Both the position numbers and the translations under genes were made by a program. DNA of 26,008 nt from contig CAZYCQ010000032.1 in NCBI GenBank assembly GCA_964645535.1, positions 10,858 to 36,865 on the forward strand, given 5' to 3'. Under the pieces are notes generated by a model. The model saw only the letters and a program-made list of their open reading frames with translations, did no database searches and was not told the origin of the DNA. Of this stretch, positions 8,124 to 17,561 are shown piece by piece (the stretch's first letter is position 1; each line of letters starts with the position of its first letter). This DNA is from an uncultured archaeon. Lineage in GTDB: Archaea > Asgardarchaeota > Heimdallarchaeia > Heimdallarchaeales > Kariarchaeaceae.

Positions 8124-9584
8124 TCAATGATGGAAGGTTGAACCCATCTGCTTCAAATGTTGTCTAGTGGGTGTTTCCCCATCTACCAATCCATCCCTTT
8201 CCCATTCCAATTCCACTTCCCAAAGGGGAATATGAGGAACCAGCTTGTTGATAAACCAGTAAAAGAATATGAAGAAAGCCACTTGCGCAATTGTAATGGC
8301 TATTTCCCCTTGAGTAGGATTGTAGGGGTATATTCCTTCGGATTCATCAATAACGGGAATTCGTAAAGTAGGAACAAGAATAACATATCTTTTAAGCCAT
8401 GCCCCTATATTAACAAGGACTGAAGAAATAAAGGCATACCAATATACTTTGGTTTTTTCCTCTGGTTTCATCGTATTGATTTTGAGTCCCATGACGAATG
8501 GAATAAACATAGTCCCAATGAGGATGAACCAGAAGGTAGGTGCCAAATCACCATAGAAAACCTGGTAAAGAACCTCCATTTCATGCCCTTCACGTTTGTA
8601 AGCGGGAATAAGATATTCATTCAGGGTGAAATATCCGTAAGCGAAGTTTGTGGCCAGGAGGATTTTATTGGCTGATTGAATATGAGAAACAGTAATATAG
8701 TCATCAAGCTTGTAATACCAAGTAAAAACAACTAAAGCGGTTACTAAAGCAGCAGTACCGGAGAATATTGCACCAGAAATGAAGTAAGGTCCAAAAATAG
8801 TGGAATTCCAGCCAGGTCTCCAAGTCACGGCAAATATCCAACTTACAACCGTGTGTACTGAAAGAGCAATGGGAAGGATAAACCATTTGAGTCGTTCCAT
8901 GATGCCATGTTCAAGTTTTTCAAATTGTTCAGGAGTACCTTTCCAATTTAATGCCAAAATCTTATAGATTTTCTGGCGAATTTTATGCTTTCTAGGATCA
9001 AGATTGTCTCTATAATAGGCAAAGTCAGGAATGATGGGAGTATAGAAAAAGATCAGACTTCCAGTCAAATAGAAAGTGATGGAAATAACGTCCCAAACCA
9101 AAGGAGAGGTAATGTTGCCATAAATCACGATATGCTGAGCACGATCCAACCGACCCATGTCAATGAGGACTGAGGCCGCACCCATCACTAAAGAAACAAT
9201 GGTAACTTCTTCTGCAATACGGGTAATGGGGGTTCTGAATTTTGCATCCAGAATTCGTAAAACCGCGGATATAAGCATCCCTACATGGGAAACACCAATC
9301 CAGAAAACAAAATTGGTAATGTAGATACCCCAAAATACCTTTTGGGTCAAGTCAGTGATTGTAAGACCATCAATCAATTGTTTTACTACCCAATAACCAA
9401 ATCCCCAAATCATTAGCCCAACCAACAAGACCATTACAAGGGCTTCGCCAGGTCTAGTGGTGAGAAAAGCTCGTTCAACAATAGCCCTTCGACGGCGGAC
9501 TTCTTCTTCGGTCATGGGATTGCCATCAGGGGTATAAAGACTCTTTTTTGCAGCTTGTTCAATGTTATGTGTTGCTGTTGCCAT
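8124..9584 (-). CDS. NrfD/PsrC-family quinol-interacting membrane subunit, ActC-like
   Basis: About 10 TM. Motifs WGIYITNFVFWIGVSHVG, RIAE, DMGR, SPLVWD, SVHTVVSW, PGWNSTIFGPYFISGAIFSG, WLKRYVI; GAGGTGA RBS. Confidence 0.92.
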   Translation of the reverse strand: MATATHNIEQAAKKSLYTPDGNPMTEEEVRRRRAIVERAFLTTRPGEALVMVLLVGLMIWGFGYWVVKQLIDGLTITDLTQKVFWGIYITNFVFWIGVSHVGMLISAVLRILDAKFRTPITRIAEEVTIVSLVMGAASVLIDMGRLDRAQHIVIYGNITSPLVWDVISITFYLTGSLIFFYTPIIPDFAYYRDNLDPRKHKIRQKIYKILALNWKGTPEQFEKLEHGIMERLKWFILPIALSVHTVVSWIFAVTWRPGWNSTIFGPYFISGAIFSGTAALVTALVVFTWYYKLDDYITVSHIQSANKILLATNFAYGYFTLNEYLIPAYKREGHEMEVLYQVFYGDLAPTFWFILIGTMFIPFVMGLKINTMKPEEKTKVYWYAFISSVLVNIGAWLKRYVILVPTLRIPVIDESEGIYPYNPTQGEIAITIAQVAFFIFFYWFINKLVPHIPLWEVELEWERDGLVDGETPTRQHLKQMGSTFHH

Positions 9585-9590
9585 ATATTG

Positions 9591-10544
9591 TCACCTCGTA
9601 TTTGCAGGAAGGTAAAATACTCGCGGGCGGGTTCCTTCCTCTTCCTTCCATCGGAAACCTTTCCTTTTGGCAATGGTTTCGTCAACAAGAATTGTTTCAC
9701 CATGGTTATTAGTCACTGCATTTTCCAAAAGGTTACCAAAATAGAGAGCCCCCTTATGACATGATGCCACGCAGTGCGGAAGCTTTCCGAGGAATTGATT
9801 ACCACAAAAATCACATTTTGCAATGACTCCTTTTTGTTTAACTATGGAGAAAGGCATTTGCATCTTGAAATCTTTCACAATCTGGGAATCTTCTGTGGCA
9901 TTCTCAAATCGATGGTTCTCTTCCCAGTGGAAGAAACGAACCTCATATGGACATCCAGCCATACAGAGCCTGCATCCGATACATCTTTCTTGGTCGACCA
10001 AAGTCAACCGATCTCCAGATCTTTGCCAAGCAGCCTGAACAGGGCATACATGGACACAGGGAGGATCAATGCATTGCTGGCAGGGTCTTGGGAAGAAATA
10101 GGGTTCAGACCAAGGATTGTCTTTAACTTCAAAGACTTTAATATATTCATGAACTGTTTGGGGATCCTTGGGGTTCTGCCAAGTACCACCTTCCTCAAAG
10201 CCATAGCCCTTGACAGGAGCATAATGACCTTCTTGGCATGCAGAAGTGCAACGGGGGGGTCGACCTTGGGAAGTTAAATCAACACATCCGTCACATTTTG
10301 CGAGATCAATGACCATTCCCCAAACAGTATTTTCCATTCTCCATTGATGATATCTTCTGCCACGATCTCTTTTCTCATCTACCTCAAAGTTGGGCAATCT
10401 GTCCTTCAGAACAAAGTTTCCAGTGAAACCATATACAGTAGCCCCACCGTAGGCCAATAATTTGACCATTGTCCTCCTAGTAGGAGTAATTGTTTGTGAT
10501 GTTTCGACTAAGCTTTCAAATAAGCCTTTATTTTCTTTACTCAT
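9591..10544 (-). CDS. Tat-exported 4x[4Fe-4S] electron-transfer subunit (NrfC/DsrO/QrcC-like)
   Basis: Start revised to ATG 10544 (GGAGGA RBS). Twin-arginine TRRTMVK plus h-region. Four Cys groups: CDGC-x11-CTSAC, CQQCIDPPCVHVCP, CIGCRLCMAGCP, CDFC-x10-CVASC. Confidence 0.92.
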   Translation of the reverse strand: MSKENKGLFESLVETSQTITPTRRTMVKLLAYGGATVYGFTGNFVLKDRLPNFEVDEKRDRGRRYHQWRMENTVWGMVIDLAKCDGCVDLTSQGRPPRCTSACQEGHYAPVKGYGFEEGGTWQNPKDPQTVHEYIKVFEVKDNPWSEPYFFPRPCQQCIDPPCVHVCPVQAAWQRSGDRLTLVDQERCIGCRLCMAGCPYEVRFFHWEENHRFENATEDSQIVKDFKMQMPFSIVKQKGVIAKCDFCGNQFLGKLPHCVASCHKGALYFGNLLENAVTNNHGETILVDETIAKRKGFRWKEEEGTRPRVFYLPANTR

Positions 10545-10546
10545 TT

Positions 10547-11731
10547 CTAGTCCTCCGTTTCTTCCATTCGCTTCCCAACAAAGGAAATGTATGCCAGTTT
10601 CATTATTGCAGCTACATATTCCCAAATAAGCATAGTGATTATGAGCATTAAGAGATATATGAAGACTGCACCAATCAAATGTCCAGAGTTATTGAATAGA
10701 TCAGGATTAATTAGGAAGCGTTCGGGGTCATCAAATTCAGGATCTGCCACAATGTTATGGACATAAATTTCTTCAAATCTATCATTAAGTCCATTAACAA
10801 TAGTACTTTTAGTTGCGCCGGTAAATCCTTGTTGCGGATAGATAATTGCAACCAATTCTCTTTCCTCAAATGTCGCAATAGAAAGATCAACAACCAATTC
10901 AGCGACCCCGTTGCCATCGGTGGTGTTTGTCCCTAGCACAACTCCACCGAAATTGGTAACCATCCTGAATTCAACCTCGGTTCCAGCAGGAGCATTCTTT
11001 ACAGTTGCTTTGAGAAGGTATGTTTCATCTTCAATTTTCGAAACTGTAAAGGAATCAATGCTTACAGTTTGTGGAAGAGGAATATTACTTGGCAACAGAG
11101 TAGCTTTCAAATTACGAGGCGTATGATAAGTATGGTATGTCAATTGATCGCTAGAATTATGAGCAGCCATAAAGAAGCCATATGTACCTCCAACTTGCCA
11201 ATTGTAGTTTCCACCATGTGCAGTTCCATTGAGGGGAAGAAGAAATTCTACGGTCGTTCCAGTTGCATCTTCATTTACGGCAACGGAACCATTGAAATCT
11301 TCTAAGAACATAAGAAAACTAGGGAATTGATTTCCTATACCTCTCCATACAGAGGGTTGGAATGGAGTTGTCCCTTCTGCCCCAGTTGTCACCAAGGTTG
11401 AATTAAGCATTCCATTATCGCCAAAGCCAAAACCCACCCATCCGAATAATTTAGATCGTATTCCAATTTTCAGATGAGTGGAGTTATGAATAAAGGAAAC
11501 ATCAACGAAGTTGAAACCATCCACAGAAGTTAGAGAATTAGTTTCAGGATATTCATTGGGATTTATTGACCCATCAACAGAGCTCATGTCAATTGAACTA
11601 GAATAAATATAGTAATTGAAAGTCTCCCGTTGATTGAGTGCAATTTGTCCAGAAACGGTGTTCAATCCCCATAAATGGCTTGAGAAAAGAAACACCAACA
11701 TTAAGGTCAAAAAACACCATCGTTTTTTCAT
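10547..11731 (-). CDS. Secreted, C-terminally anchored DOMON (heme b-type) plus Ig-like domain protein
   Basis: Sec-type signal. DOMON motifs GWVGFGFG..GM, TTVEFLLPL and LTYH (Met/His ligand positions). Ig-like TTDGNGVA strand, C-terminal TM helix, AGGTGA RBS. Confidence 0.75.
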   Translation of the reverse strand: MKKRWCFLTLMLVFLFSSHLWGLNTVSGQIALNQRETFNYYIYSSSIDMSSVDGSINPNEYPETNSLTSVDGFNFVDVSFIHNSTHLKIGIRSKLFGWVGFGFGDNGMLNSTLVTTGAEGTTPFQPSVWRGIGNQFPSFLMFLEDFNGSVAVNEDATGTTVEFLLPLNGTAHGGNYNWQVGGTYGFFMAAHNSSDQLTYHTYHTPRNLKATLLPSNIPLPQTVSIDSFTVSKIEDETYLLKATVKNAPAGTEVEFRMVTNFGGVVLGTNTTDGNGVAELVVDLSIATFEERELVAIIYPQQGFTGATKSTIVNGLNDRFEEIYVHNIVADPEFDDPERFLINPDLFNNSGHLIGAVFIYLLMLIITMLIWEYVAAIMKLAYISFVGKRMEETED

Positions 11732-11841
11732 TGCAAAACTTCACCTATTCCAAGTGATTCTTAACCCTTCCATAATGTAAGTATCTTTATACCATTCGAT
11801 TGTTTTTGCAGATTATGAAAATTATATCCCGTATTATTTAT

Positions 11842-13092
11842 CTATTCAAGTTCTTTTTTTTCATTACCACTTGATTCGAGGGAGATATCAGCAGAGCCGT
11901 CAGGATGAATCCGAACTGATTTTATTGAAGAAGTTCCCCTTTTGATTTCTTTAAACACCTCATTGGTGAACCATTGTGAAAAAGGAGTGCCATAATATAT
12001 TTGATTCCAAATATCGTAAATTCCAGGAACTTCATTTTTTTCAATGAGTGTTCCGATAATTAGCTCAACTTTTTCTGGATCACCATCTGCCAGATCTGCA
12101 ATTTTGCCCAATTTGGCAGTTTGCCACGGAGGAGTGGAGATCAGAATCCTTTTCACAGAATTGTATAGACGGACTCTTTCAAGCGTTTCAGGATCCAACC
12201 CGATCTTATTTTCCTCAGTGGCAAAAATTTCGTCTACTTTGTTCTTAAGTTCATCTCTTTTTCGGTATAGTATATCTGACTGTCGGGCACTCAATATCTC
12301 TCGCGCTCTTGCGCGAGCCTTCTCCATTTCCGAGGGTTCATCGGTAGAAGAAACAGGTTGCACCATAGTTTTTTTTCGTGCCTCATCCAACGAGGCTTTT
12401 GTTAAGATTTTTTTGTAAAGCAGAGGAAGTTCCAATGCGATGGTATTTGCAGAGGAAAATTCCATATAAAGCAAAACACCACTAGCCACTAATGAGACAA
12501 TAATAAGGGTAATTGCATCAATAGAAGAAGATAAGCCAGGGATATGGACAGCCGTAGTCTCAGTTGAAGTATCCCATAAGGAGAGTACGGAGAAATAAAT
12601 TGCCGTTATATGGATGAGTGTGGTTAATGGGGAGGGGACCACTAAAATTTGAAACCAAGATACATTCTCATTGTTGTGGCCAGAAATTACAAAACGCATT
12701 TGATAGATATTTTTTATTTCGAATTCAAGACCTGAATCGGTATCATCAGGTGCATTTCCATGAAGGGACCGATTTATTTTTGATATGATGTCACGATCGA
12801 GAGATGGAACATCAAGAGGCGTAGATTCAACCCTAACCCCCAATCTTCGAAATATGTTGAGATGGAAAAAGAGTGTTAAAATCAATAGAATTGTTTGAAA
12901 TTCAGAATAGCCAAGATCAAATGCAAAAAAACCAACCTCAATCGCACCAATTGAAATTACAAATAAAGAATAGGTGCGTAATGGCAATGTGGAAAGAGAT
13001 TCCTTCCCAAGTAATTGATGAAGTACAGGGAAAATCAGAACATAGGTTAGAAGTATAACATGCCAAAATGCCAGACGAAAGAAGGTTTCCAT
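11842..13092 (-). CDS. Multi-pass membrane protein with coiled coil and C-terminal PCI-like winged helix
   Basis: Likely start METFFRL (13092). About 5 TM, charged helical linker, then KLGKIADLADGDPEKVELIIGTLIEKNEVPGIYD. Confidence 0.7.
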   Translation of the reverse strand: METFFRLAFWHVILLTYVLIFPVLHQLLGKESLSTLPLRTYSLFVISIGAIEVGFFAFDLGYSEFQTILLILTLFFHLNIFRRLGVRVESTPLDVPSLDRDIISKINRSLHGNAPDDTDSGLEFEIKNIYQMRFVISGHNNENVSWFQILVVPSPLTTLIHITAIYFSVLSLWDTSTETTAVHIPGLSSSIDAITLIIVSLVASGVLLYMEFSSANTIALELPLLYKKILTKASLDEARKKTMVQPVSSTDEPSEMEKARARAREILSARQSDILYRKRDELKNKVDEIFATEENKIGLDPETLERVRLYNSVKRILISTPPWQTAKLGKIADLADGDPEKVELIIGTLIEKNEVPGIYDIWNQIYYGTPFSQWFTNEVFKEIKRGTSSIKSVRIHPDGSADISLESSGNEKKELE

Positions 13093-13150
13093 CAATCTAT
13101 TACAGGAAAACTGGGCAGAAAAACTTACGCTTTGGTCTCTTTGAATTTGA

Positions 13151-14182
13151 TTATGTTGTGATACCACCAAACATTTCAAGATATCGGCGAGTTTCGATTT
13201 TCAAAGACCACAATATGATCCCCTCAATTACCAATACCATAGGCAATGAAAGTACCACCATACTTACCATGGTAGGATCAGGAGTGACAACTGCTGCAAG
13301 AGCAAACACACCAAAAATCATTTCCCTTCGTCTAGAATAAATTTGCTCTGCTTGGATCAGATCAAGTTGGACAAGAGCAACCAAAATCATAGGAGAAGCA
13401 TACAGAACTCCGGCACCCACGGTACCCCAAATCAGAACTGCCAAAACTGCTTGCAAATCAAACCACGGCTGGACATTTTCAACAAAGGTTGAAGTTAAGG
13501 AGAGAATTTTGAGAGTGATTGGAATTATTGTTGTGAAGGAAATTGTAGCCCCTAGAAGAAATAAAAACACCCCAACAAGTACAACCTGTCTTAGAACTTC
13601 ATCCTCCCTTTGGGTTAGACCCGGACGAATATATTCATACAATTCACGGACTGTCAAAGGGAGGGAAATTAAAAGAGCGATTGATCCAGCAAAATTAATA
13701 TAAAGAGTAACAGGAGCTATCGGAGTTCCAACATAGACCGTTATTCCCGCGGCACCTTTCTGTAATGATGTCACACCGTATGATACAATGTAATTTAATA
13801 AGTCAAGTACAGCAGGACGGTAAGGAGAAAGAGTGAAATGACCATTTTCATATGATGGAAAGACCATCACAATCACTGTTAAAAGAAAAACCGTTCGAGC
13901 AACTTTTCGAAGCCGAGTCCAAAGTTCAACAAGATGATCTTCAAGCGGAAGAGGACCACCATCGTATTTGAGGCGGAGCAAAGGGTCTTTACTCAGAGAA
14001 GGAGTGGTCATGCCAAACAAGGGGTCAGGCTTCTTGCTTTCTTCCAAAAATTCCTGAACGAATGAAGGTAAGGTTTCTCCAGGAGCAGAAGTCAGAGCAA
14101 TCTCTTCCGCTAAAGCCCTTGCTGTTGCTTGACCTTCTTTCATCCACCTTGGAACGTATGGTTGTTTGTCAGACGACATCAA
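13151..14182 (-). CDS. tatC: Twin-arginine translocase subunit TatC
   Basis: PLEDHLVELWTRL, YIRPGLTQRE and AAVVTPDPTMVSM motifs; 6 TM; ~70-aa N-terminal extension. Confidence 0.95.
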   Translation of the reverse strand: MMSSDKQPYVPRWMKEGQATARALAEEIALTSAPGETLPSFVQEFLEESKKPDPLFGMTTPSLSKDPLLRLKYDGGPLPLEDHLVELWTRLRKVARTVFLLTVIVMVFPSYENGHFTLSPYRPAVLDLLNYIVSYGVTSLQKGAAGITVYVGTPIAPVTLYINFAGSIALLISLPLTVRELYEYIRPGLTQREDEVLRQVVLVGVFLFLLGATISFTTIIPITLKILSLTSTFVENVQPWFDLQAVLAVLIWGTVGAGVLYASPMILVALVQLDLIQAEQIYSRRREMIFGVFALAAVVTPDPTMVSMVVLSLPMVLVIEGIILWSLKIETRRYLEMFGGITT

Positions 14183-14188
14183 TCATCA

Positions 14189-14491
14189 TCAAGAGGAATT
14201 GAGTAAATCCTGAGCAATAGCTTCAATGGAACGGTGCTCTGTCGGGATTCCCTTTGCTTTTGCGGCACGTATAATCTCCCTTTCCTCAGGAGTTAAGGCC
14301 GGATCTAAACCATCCTGCGGTTCTGTCAAGGATGATTTGACTTGGTTTAATCCCTCCTTATATTTTGCATGAGCCTGTCCCAAAGCTTGGGCAAATTGCG
14401 GAATTTTTTGAGGTCCGAAAAGTAATAATGCAAGACCAACGATTAGAATAACTTCTTGTCCACCAATTGCCATATTCTCACTCTCGTTCAT
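14189..14491 (-). CDS. tatA: Twin-arginine translocase subunit TatA
   Basis: GGQEVILIVGLALLLFGPQKIPQFAQALGQA hinge motif. Alternative start at 14473 (MAIGG). Confidence 0.95.
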   Translation of the reverse strand: MNESENMAIGGQEVILIVGLALLLFGPQKIPQFAQALGQAHAKYKEGLNQVKSSLTEPQDGLDPALTPEEREIIRAAKAKGIPTEHRSIEAIAQDLLNSS

Positions 14492-14522
14492 GATAAGTGA
14501 GGCTAAGAAAAATTAAAAACAT

Positions 14523-14597
14523 TTAGTTCAATCCATTTTAGTTCAACCAACCATTAAGGAAAAAGAAGATAAATAAATATAGGCATCCTTAGTTCAA
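14523..14597. repeat. Three direct copies of TTAGTTCAA in the tatA/hsp20 divergent promoter region
   Basis: Exact 9-mers at 14523-14531, 14538-14546 and 14589-14597. Confidence 0.6.
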
Positions 14598-14694
14598 CAA
14601 TGAAGGATTTGGATCAAATCAGATTACACACAACAGACAAATATTTATATGAGAGAGAGAATGAAAATATGTATAATACATAAGATATAATAGA

Positions 14695-15339
14695 GTGATG
14701 CCGATGGATTTCGATGAAAATGATGACTTCAAAGAGTTAGACAGATTTGCAAGGCAATTTTTTGGAATGTCATTCAAGGAACTAATGGAAAGACTCCAGA
14801 ATGATTTATCAAAACTGTTTGGACAAGGAGGGATGCCAGACTTCAACCATCCAGGTTTTGCGGAATTTTTCAACATGTTGGGAAATATCGATCCAAATTC
14901 CTTACCCAATGTCAAGTCATTCAGGTTTGTCATGAAGGACGGGAAACCATATTTTGAATTTGGAGGAAAACAATTCAATCCTTTTGAAGGAATGGGTCCA
15001 ATTCCCCAACCCCAACCAACTGAAAAGATGAACCCTGACGGCACCATTGAACCGTATACTGAGACCTCCATTATGGAAGGAGTCACAACAGTTGTTGCAG
15101 AGCTTCCAGGAGTTGAAAAAGGAGGCGTTCAAGTAAAGCTAAAACAGGATGGACTCTTCATAAAAGCAAGAACAACAACCAATGATGTTGTTTATGCCAA
15201 ACTTGTTCCAATTGACCATGTTAAACAATTGGACAAAAGCAAAATCAAAGCAAAAATTACCAATGGAATTCTTGAAGTCAAAATGCCCCATCTTCCGGGA
15301 GCACAAATTGATGAAGATTTTATCATAAACATAGATTGA
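14695..15339 (+). CDS. hsp20: Archaeal small heat-shock protein (Hsp20/alpha-crystallin)
   Basis: F/M/G-rich N-terminal arm, DGKPYFEFG, VVAELPGVEK, AKITNGILEVKMP, C-terminal IxI (INI). Confidence 0.92.
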   Translation: MMPMDFDENDDFKELDRFARQFFGMSFKELMERLQNDLSKLFGQGGMPDFNHPGFAEFFNMLGNIDPNSLPNVKSFRFVMKDGKPYFEFGGKQFNPFEGMGPIPQPQPTEKMNPDGTIEPYTETSIMEGVTTVVAELPGVEKGGVQVKLKQDGLFIKARTTTNDVVYAKLVPIDHVKQLDKSKIKAKITNGILEVKMPHLPGAQIDEDFIINID

Positions 15340-15380
15340 TAAGAGAGAAAAAATAAACAGCAAAAATAAGACTGGAAAGA

Positions 15381-17561
15381 ATGAAAAAAAAAGTTAAGCT
15401 CAGGGTGGAAGAGGCTTCCAGAGGCGACATTGGAAGGCAAATTGCAAGGATTCCTGCAGACATAGCAGAATTGATGGGGATCAAAACCGGTGACGTTCTC
15501 AAGATTAGAGGGACACGGGACACATTTGCACAAGCATGGAGATCAAATCAGGATACTGGAAGGGAAATAATCAAGATTGAAAGCTCAATTCGAAGAAATG
15601 CGGGAGTTGCACTAAATGACATGGTTGAGGTAATGAAGGTTACTAAGGTAAATACCGCAAACACTGTGCTTATGGGATTTTCAGAACATGTCCCGCCAGA
15701 ATTTGTAGGACAAGTCAGTAGGGCATTAGGAGGAAGAATAATCGGAATTGGTGATATATTCCCCATTAGCATAGGATTTGGAAAGTATGTTTCAGTGAAA
15801 ATCCTAGATGTAAAACCTGAACCACCTGCAATTATTTCTCCCTCAACAAAACTTACCTCGACAAATCTTGAGAATGAGGTTGAGGAAGGGGAACTTCATC
15901 AAGACAGGGTAAGTTATGAGGATATTGGAGGTCTTGAAGAGCCAATTAGGAAAATTCGAGAAATGGTCGAACTTCCTCTGAAATATCCAGAAATATTTGA
16001 ACATTTAGGAGTTACTGCACCAAAAGGTGTTTTAATGTACGGTCCTCCAGGAACAGGAAAAACATTACTCGCAAAAGCAGTAGCATCAGAAACGAATTCA
16101 CATTTCATTTTAATTAATGGCCCTGAAATAATGTCAAAATATTATGGAGAAAGTGAAGAAAAACTTCGTAACATCTTTTCTGAAGCAAAGAAAAAATCAC
16201 CGACGATAATTTTCATTGACGAAATCGATGCCATTGCACCAAAAAGAAATGAGGCGGGAGGAGAAACGGAAAGAAGAATAGTAGCCCAATTATTGACATT
16301 AATGGATGGACTCGATGAACGGGGACAAATAGTGGTCATCGGAGCGACGAACAGACCAAATTCGATTGATGAAGCCCTCAGAAGAGGAGGGAGGTTCGAT
16401 AGAGAGCTTGAGATCGGAGTTCCAGATAGATCTGGAAGAGAAGAAATTTTGGAAATTTTGACAAGGGGTATGCCACTTAGTAAGAATGTAAAGCTGAGGG
16501 AAATTGCAGAAAATTTGCATGGATATGTCGGTGCGGATATTGCAATCCTAGTTAAGGAAGCTGCGTTGATTAGCTTAAGGAGGTTTATTCCTAGATTAGA
16601 GATGAAAGAGACCAAAAGAATTGACCCTTCATTTCTCAACCAAATTGAAGTGACTATGGAAGATTTTCAAAAGGCCATGGATGAAATACGACCTTCCGCA
16701 ATGCGAGAGGTATTCATTGAAAAGCCAGACATAAATTGGAATGATATTGGAGGACTTAAACATGTGAAGAAAGAATTGATACGGGCAATCGAGTGGCCAA
16801 TAAAATTTCCGAACATCTATAGGGATTTGAGGATCAAGACGTCTCGAGGGATTCTTCTGTATGGACCACCGGGATCAGGAAAAACATTACTCGCAAAAGC
16901 AGTGGCTGGTCAAATCCAAGCAAATTTTATTTCAATTAGAGGACCTGAACTATTAAGCAAATATGTTGGTGAAACTGAGAGAGCCATCAGAGAGGTATTT
17001 GAAAAAGCACGACGAGCAGCACCAGCGGTAATTTTTTTTGATGAGATAGATGCTATTGCCCCATCAAGAAAGGTAAAGGGAGACCAAGACATTACTCAAC
17101 GAATTGTCAGCCAGTTATTAACGGAAATGGATGGAATAAAGGAATTACAAGGAGTTTTTGTTTTGGCTGCGACAAACAGGCTAGACATTATTGATCCTGC
17201 TTTAAGACGCCCGGGAAGGTTTACCAAGGTGATAGAGATTCCCTTGCCAAACCAAGAAGAAAGAGAGGAAATTTTCAAAGTACACCTTGATGGAGTTGCC
17301 ATTGGAAAAGACATTGACTTTCAAATGTTGGGATCAATGACAAAAGGGTTCACAGGAGCAGAAATTGCTGAAGTCGTAACCATTGCAAAGGAAGAGCTAA
17401 TCAAGGAGTTAATTGAAGAAAGAGATCCACACACCGCAAAAGCCCATATCAGCCGTCCGATACAATTAAAGCATTTAAAGGTTGGATTGGCGAATGTTAA
17501 GCCCAGTGAAATAAGGTACACACTTAAACCGCCGAAAACTGGTGAAATGGATTATGCCTAG
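15381..17561 (+). CDS. cdc48: Cdc48/VCP/VAT-family AAA+ ATPase
   Basis: N-domain. D1: [25 protein letters not shown]2: [22 protein letters not shown]-terminus ...MDYA. Confidence 0.97.
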   Translation: MKKKVKLRVEEASRGDIGRQIARIPADIAELMGIKTGDVLKIRGTRDTFAQAWRSNQDTGREIIKIESSIRRNAGVALNDMVEVMKVTKVNTANTVLMGFSEHVPPEFVGQVSRALGGRIIGIGDIFPISIGFGKYVSVKILDVKPEPPAIISPSTKLTSTNLENEVEEGELHQDRVSYEDIGGLEEPIRKIREMVELPLKYPEIFEHLGVTAPKGVLMYGPPGTGKTLLAKAVASETNSHFILINGPEIMSKYYGESEEKLRNIFSEAKKKSPTIIFIDEIDAIAPKRNEAGGETERRIVAQLLTLMDGLDERGQIVVIGATNRPNSIDEALRRGGRFDRELEIGVPDRSGREEILEILTRGMPLSKNVKLREIAENLHGYVGADIAILVKEAALISLRRFIPRLEMKETKRIDPSFLNQIEVTMEDFQKAMDEIRPSAMREVFIEKPDINWNDIGGLKHVKKELIRAIEWPIKFPNIYRDLRIKTSRGILLYGPPGSGKTLLAKAVAGQIQANFISIRGPELLSKYVGETERAIREVFEKARRAAPAVIFFDEIDAIAPSRKVKGDQDITQRIVSQLLTEMDGIKELQGVFVLAATNRLDIIDPALRRPGRFTKVIEIPLPNQEEREEIFKVHLDGVAIGKDIDFQMLGSMTKGFTGAEIAEVVTIAKEELIKELIEERDPHTAKAHISRPIQLKHLKVGLANVKPSEIRYTLKPPKTGEMDYA

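Noticed and set aside
10545-10625. N-terminal extension of the FeS protein (MGICSCNNE...)
   Set aside because: It overlaps the DOMON gene, while ATG 10544 has a GGAGGA RBS and puts the Tat motif at a normal position.
14523-14597. CRISPR-like array
   Set aside because: The repeats are only 9 nt with irregular spacing, and no cas genes are present.
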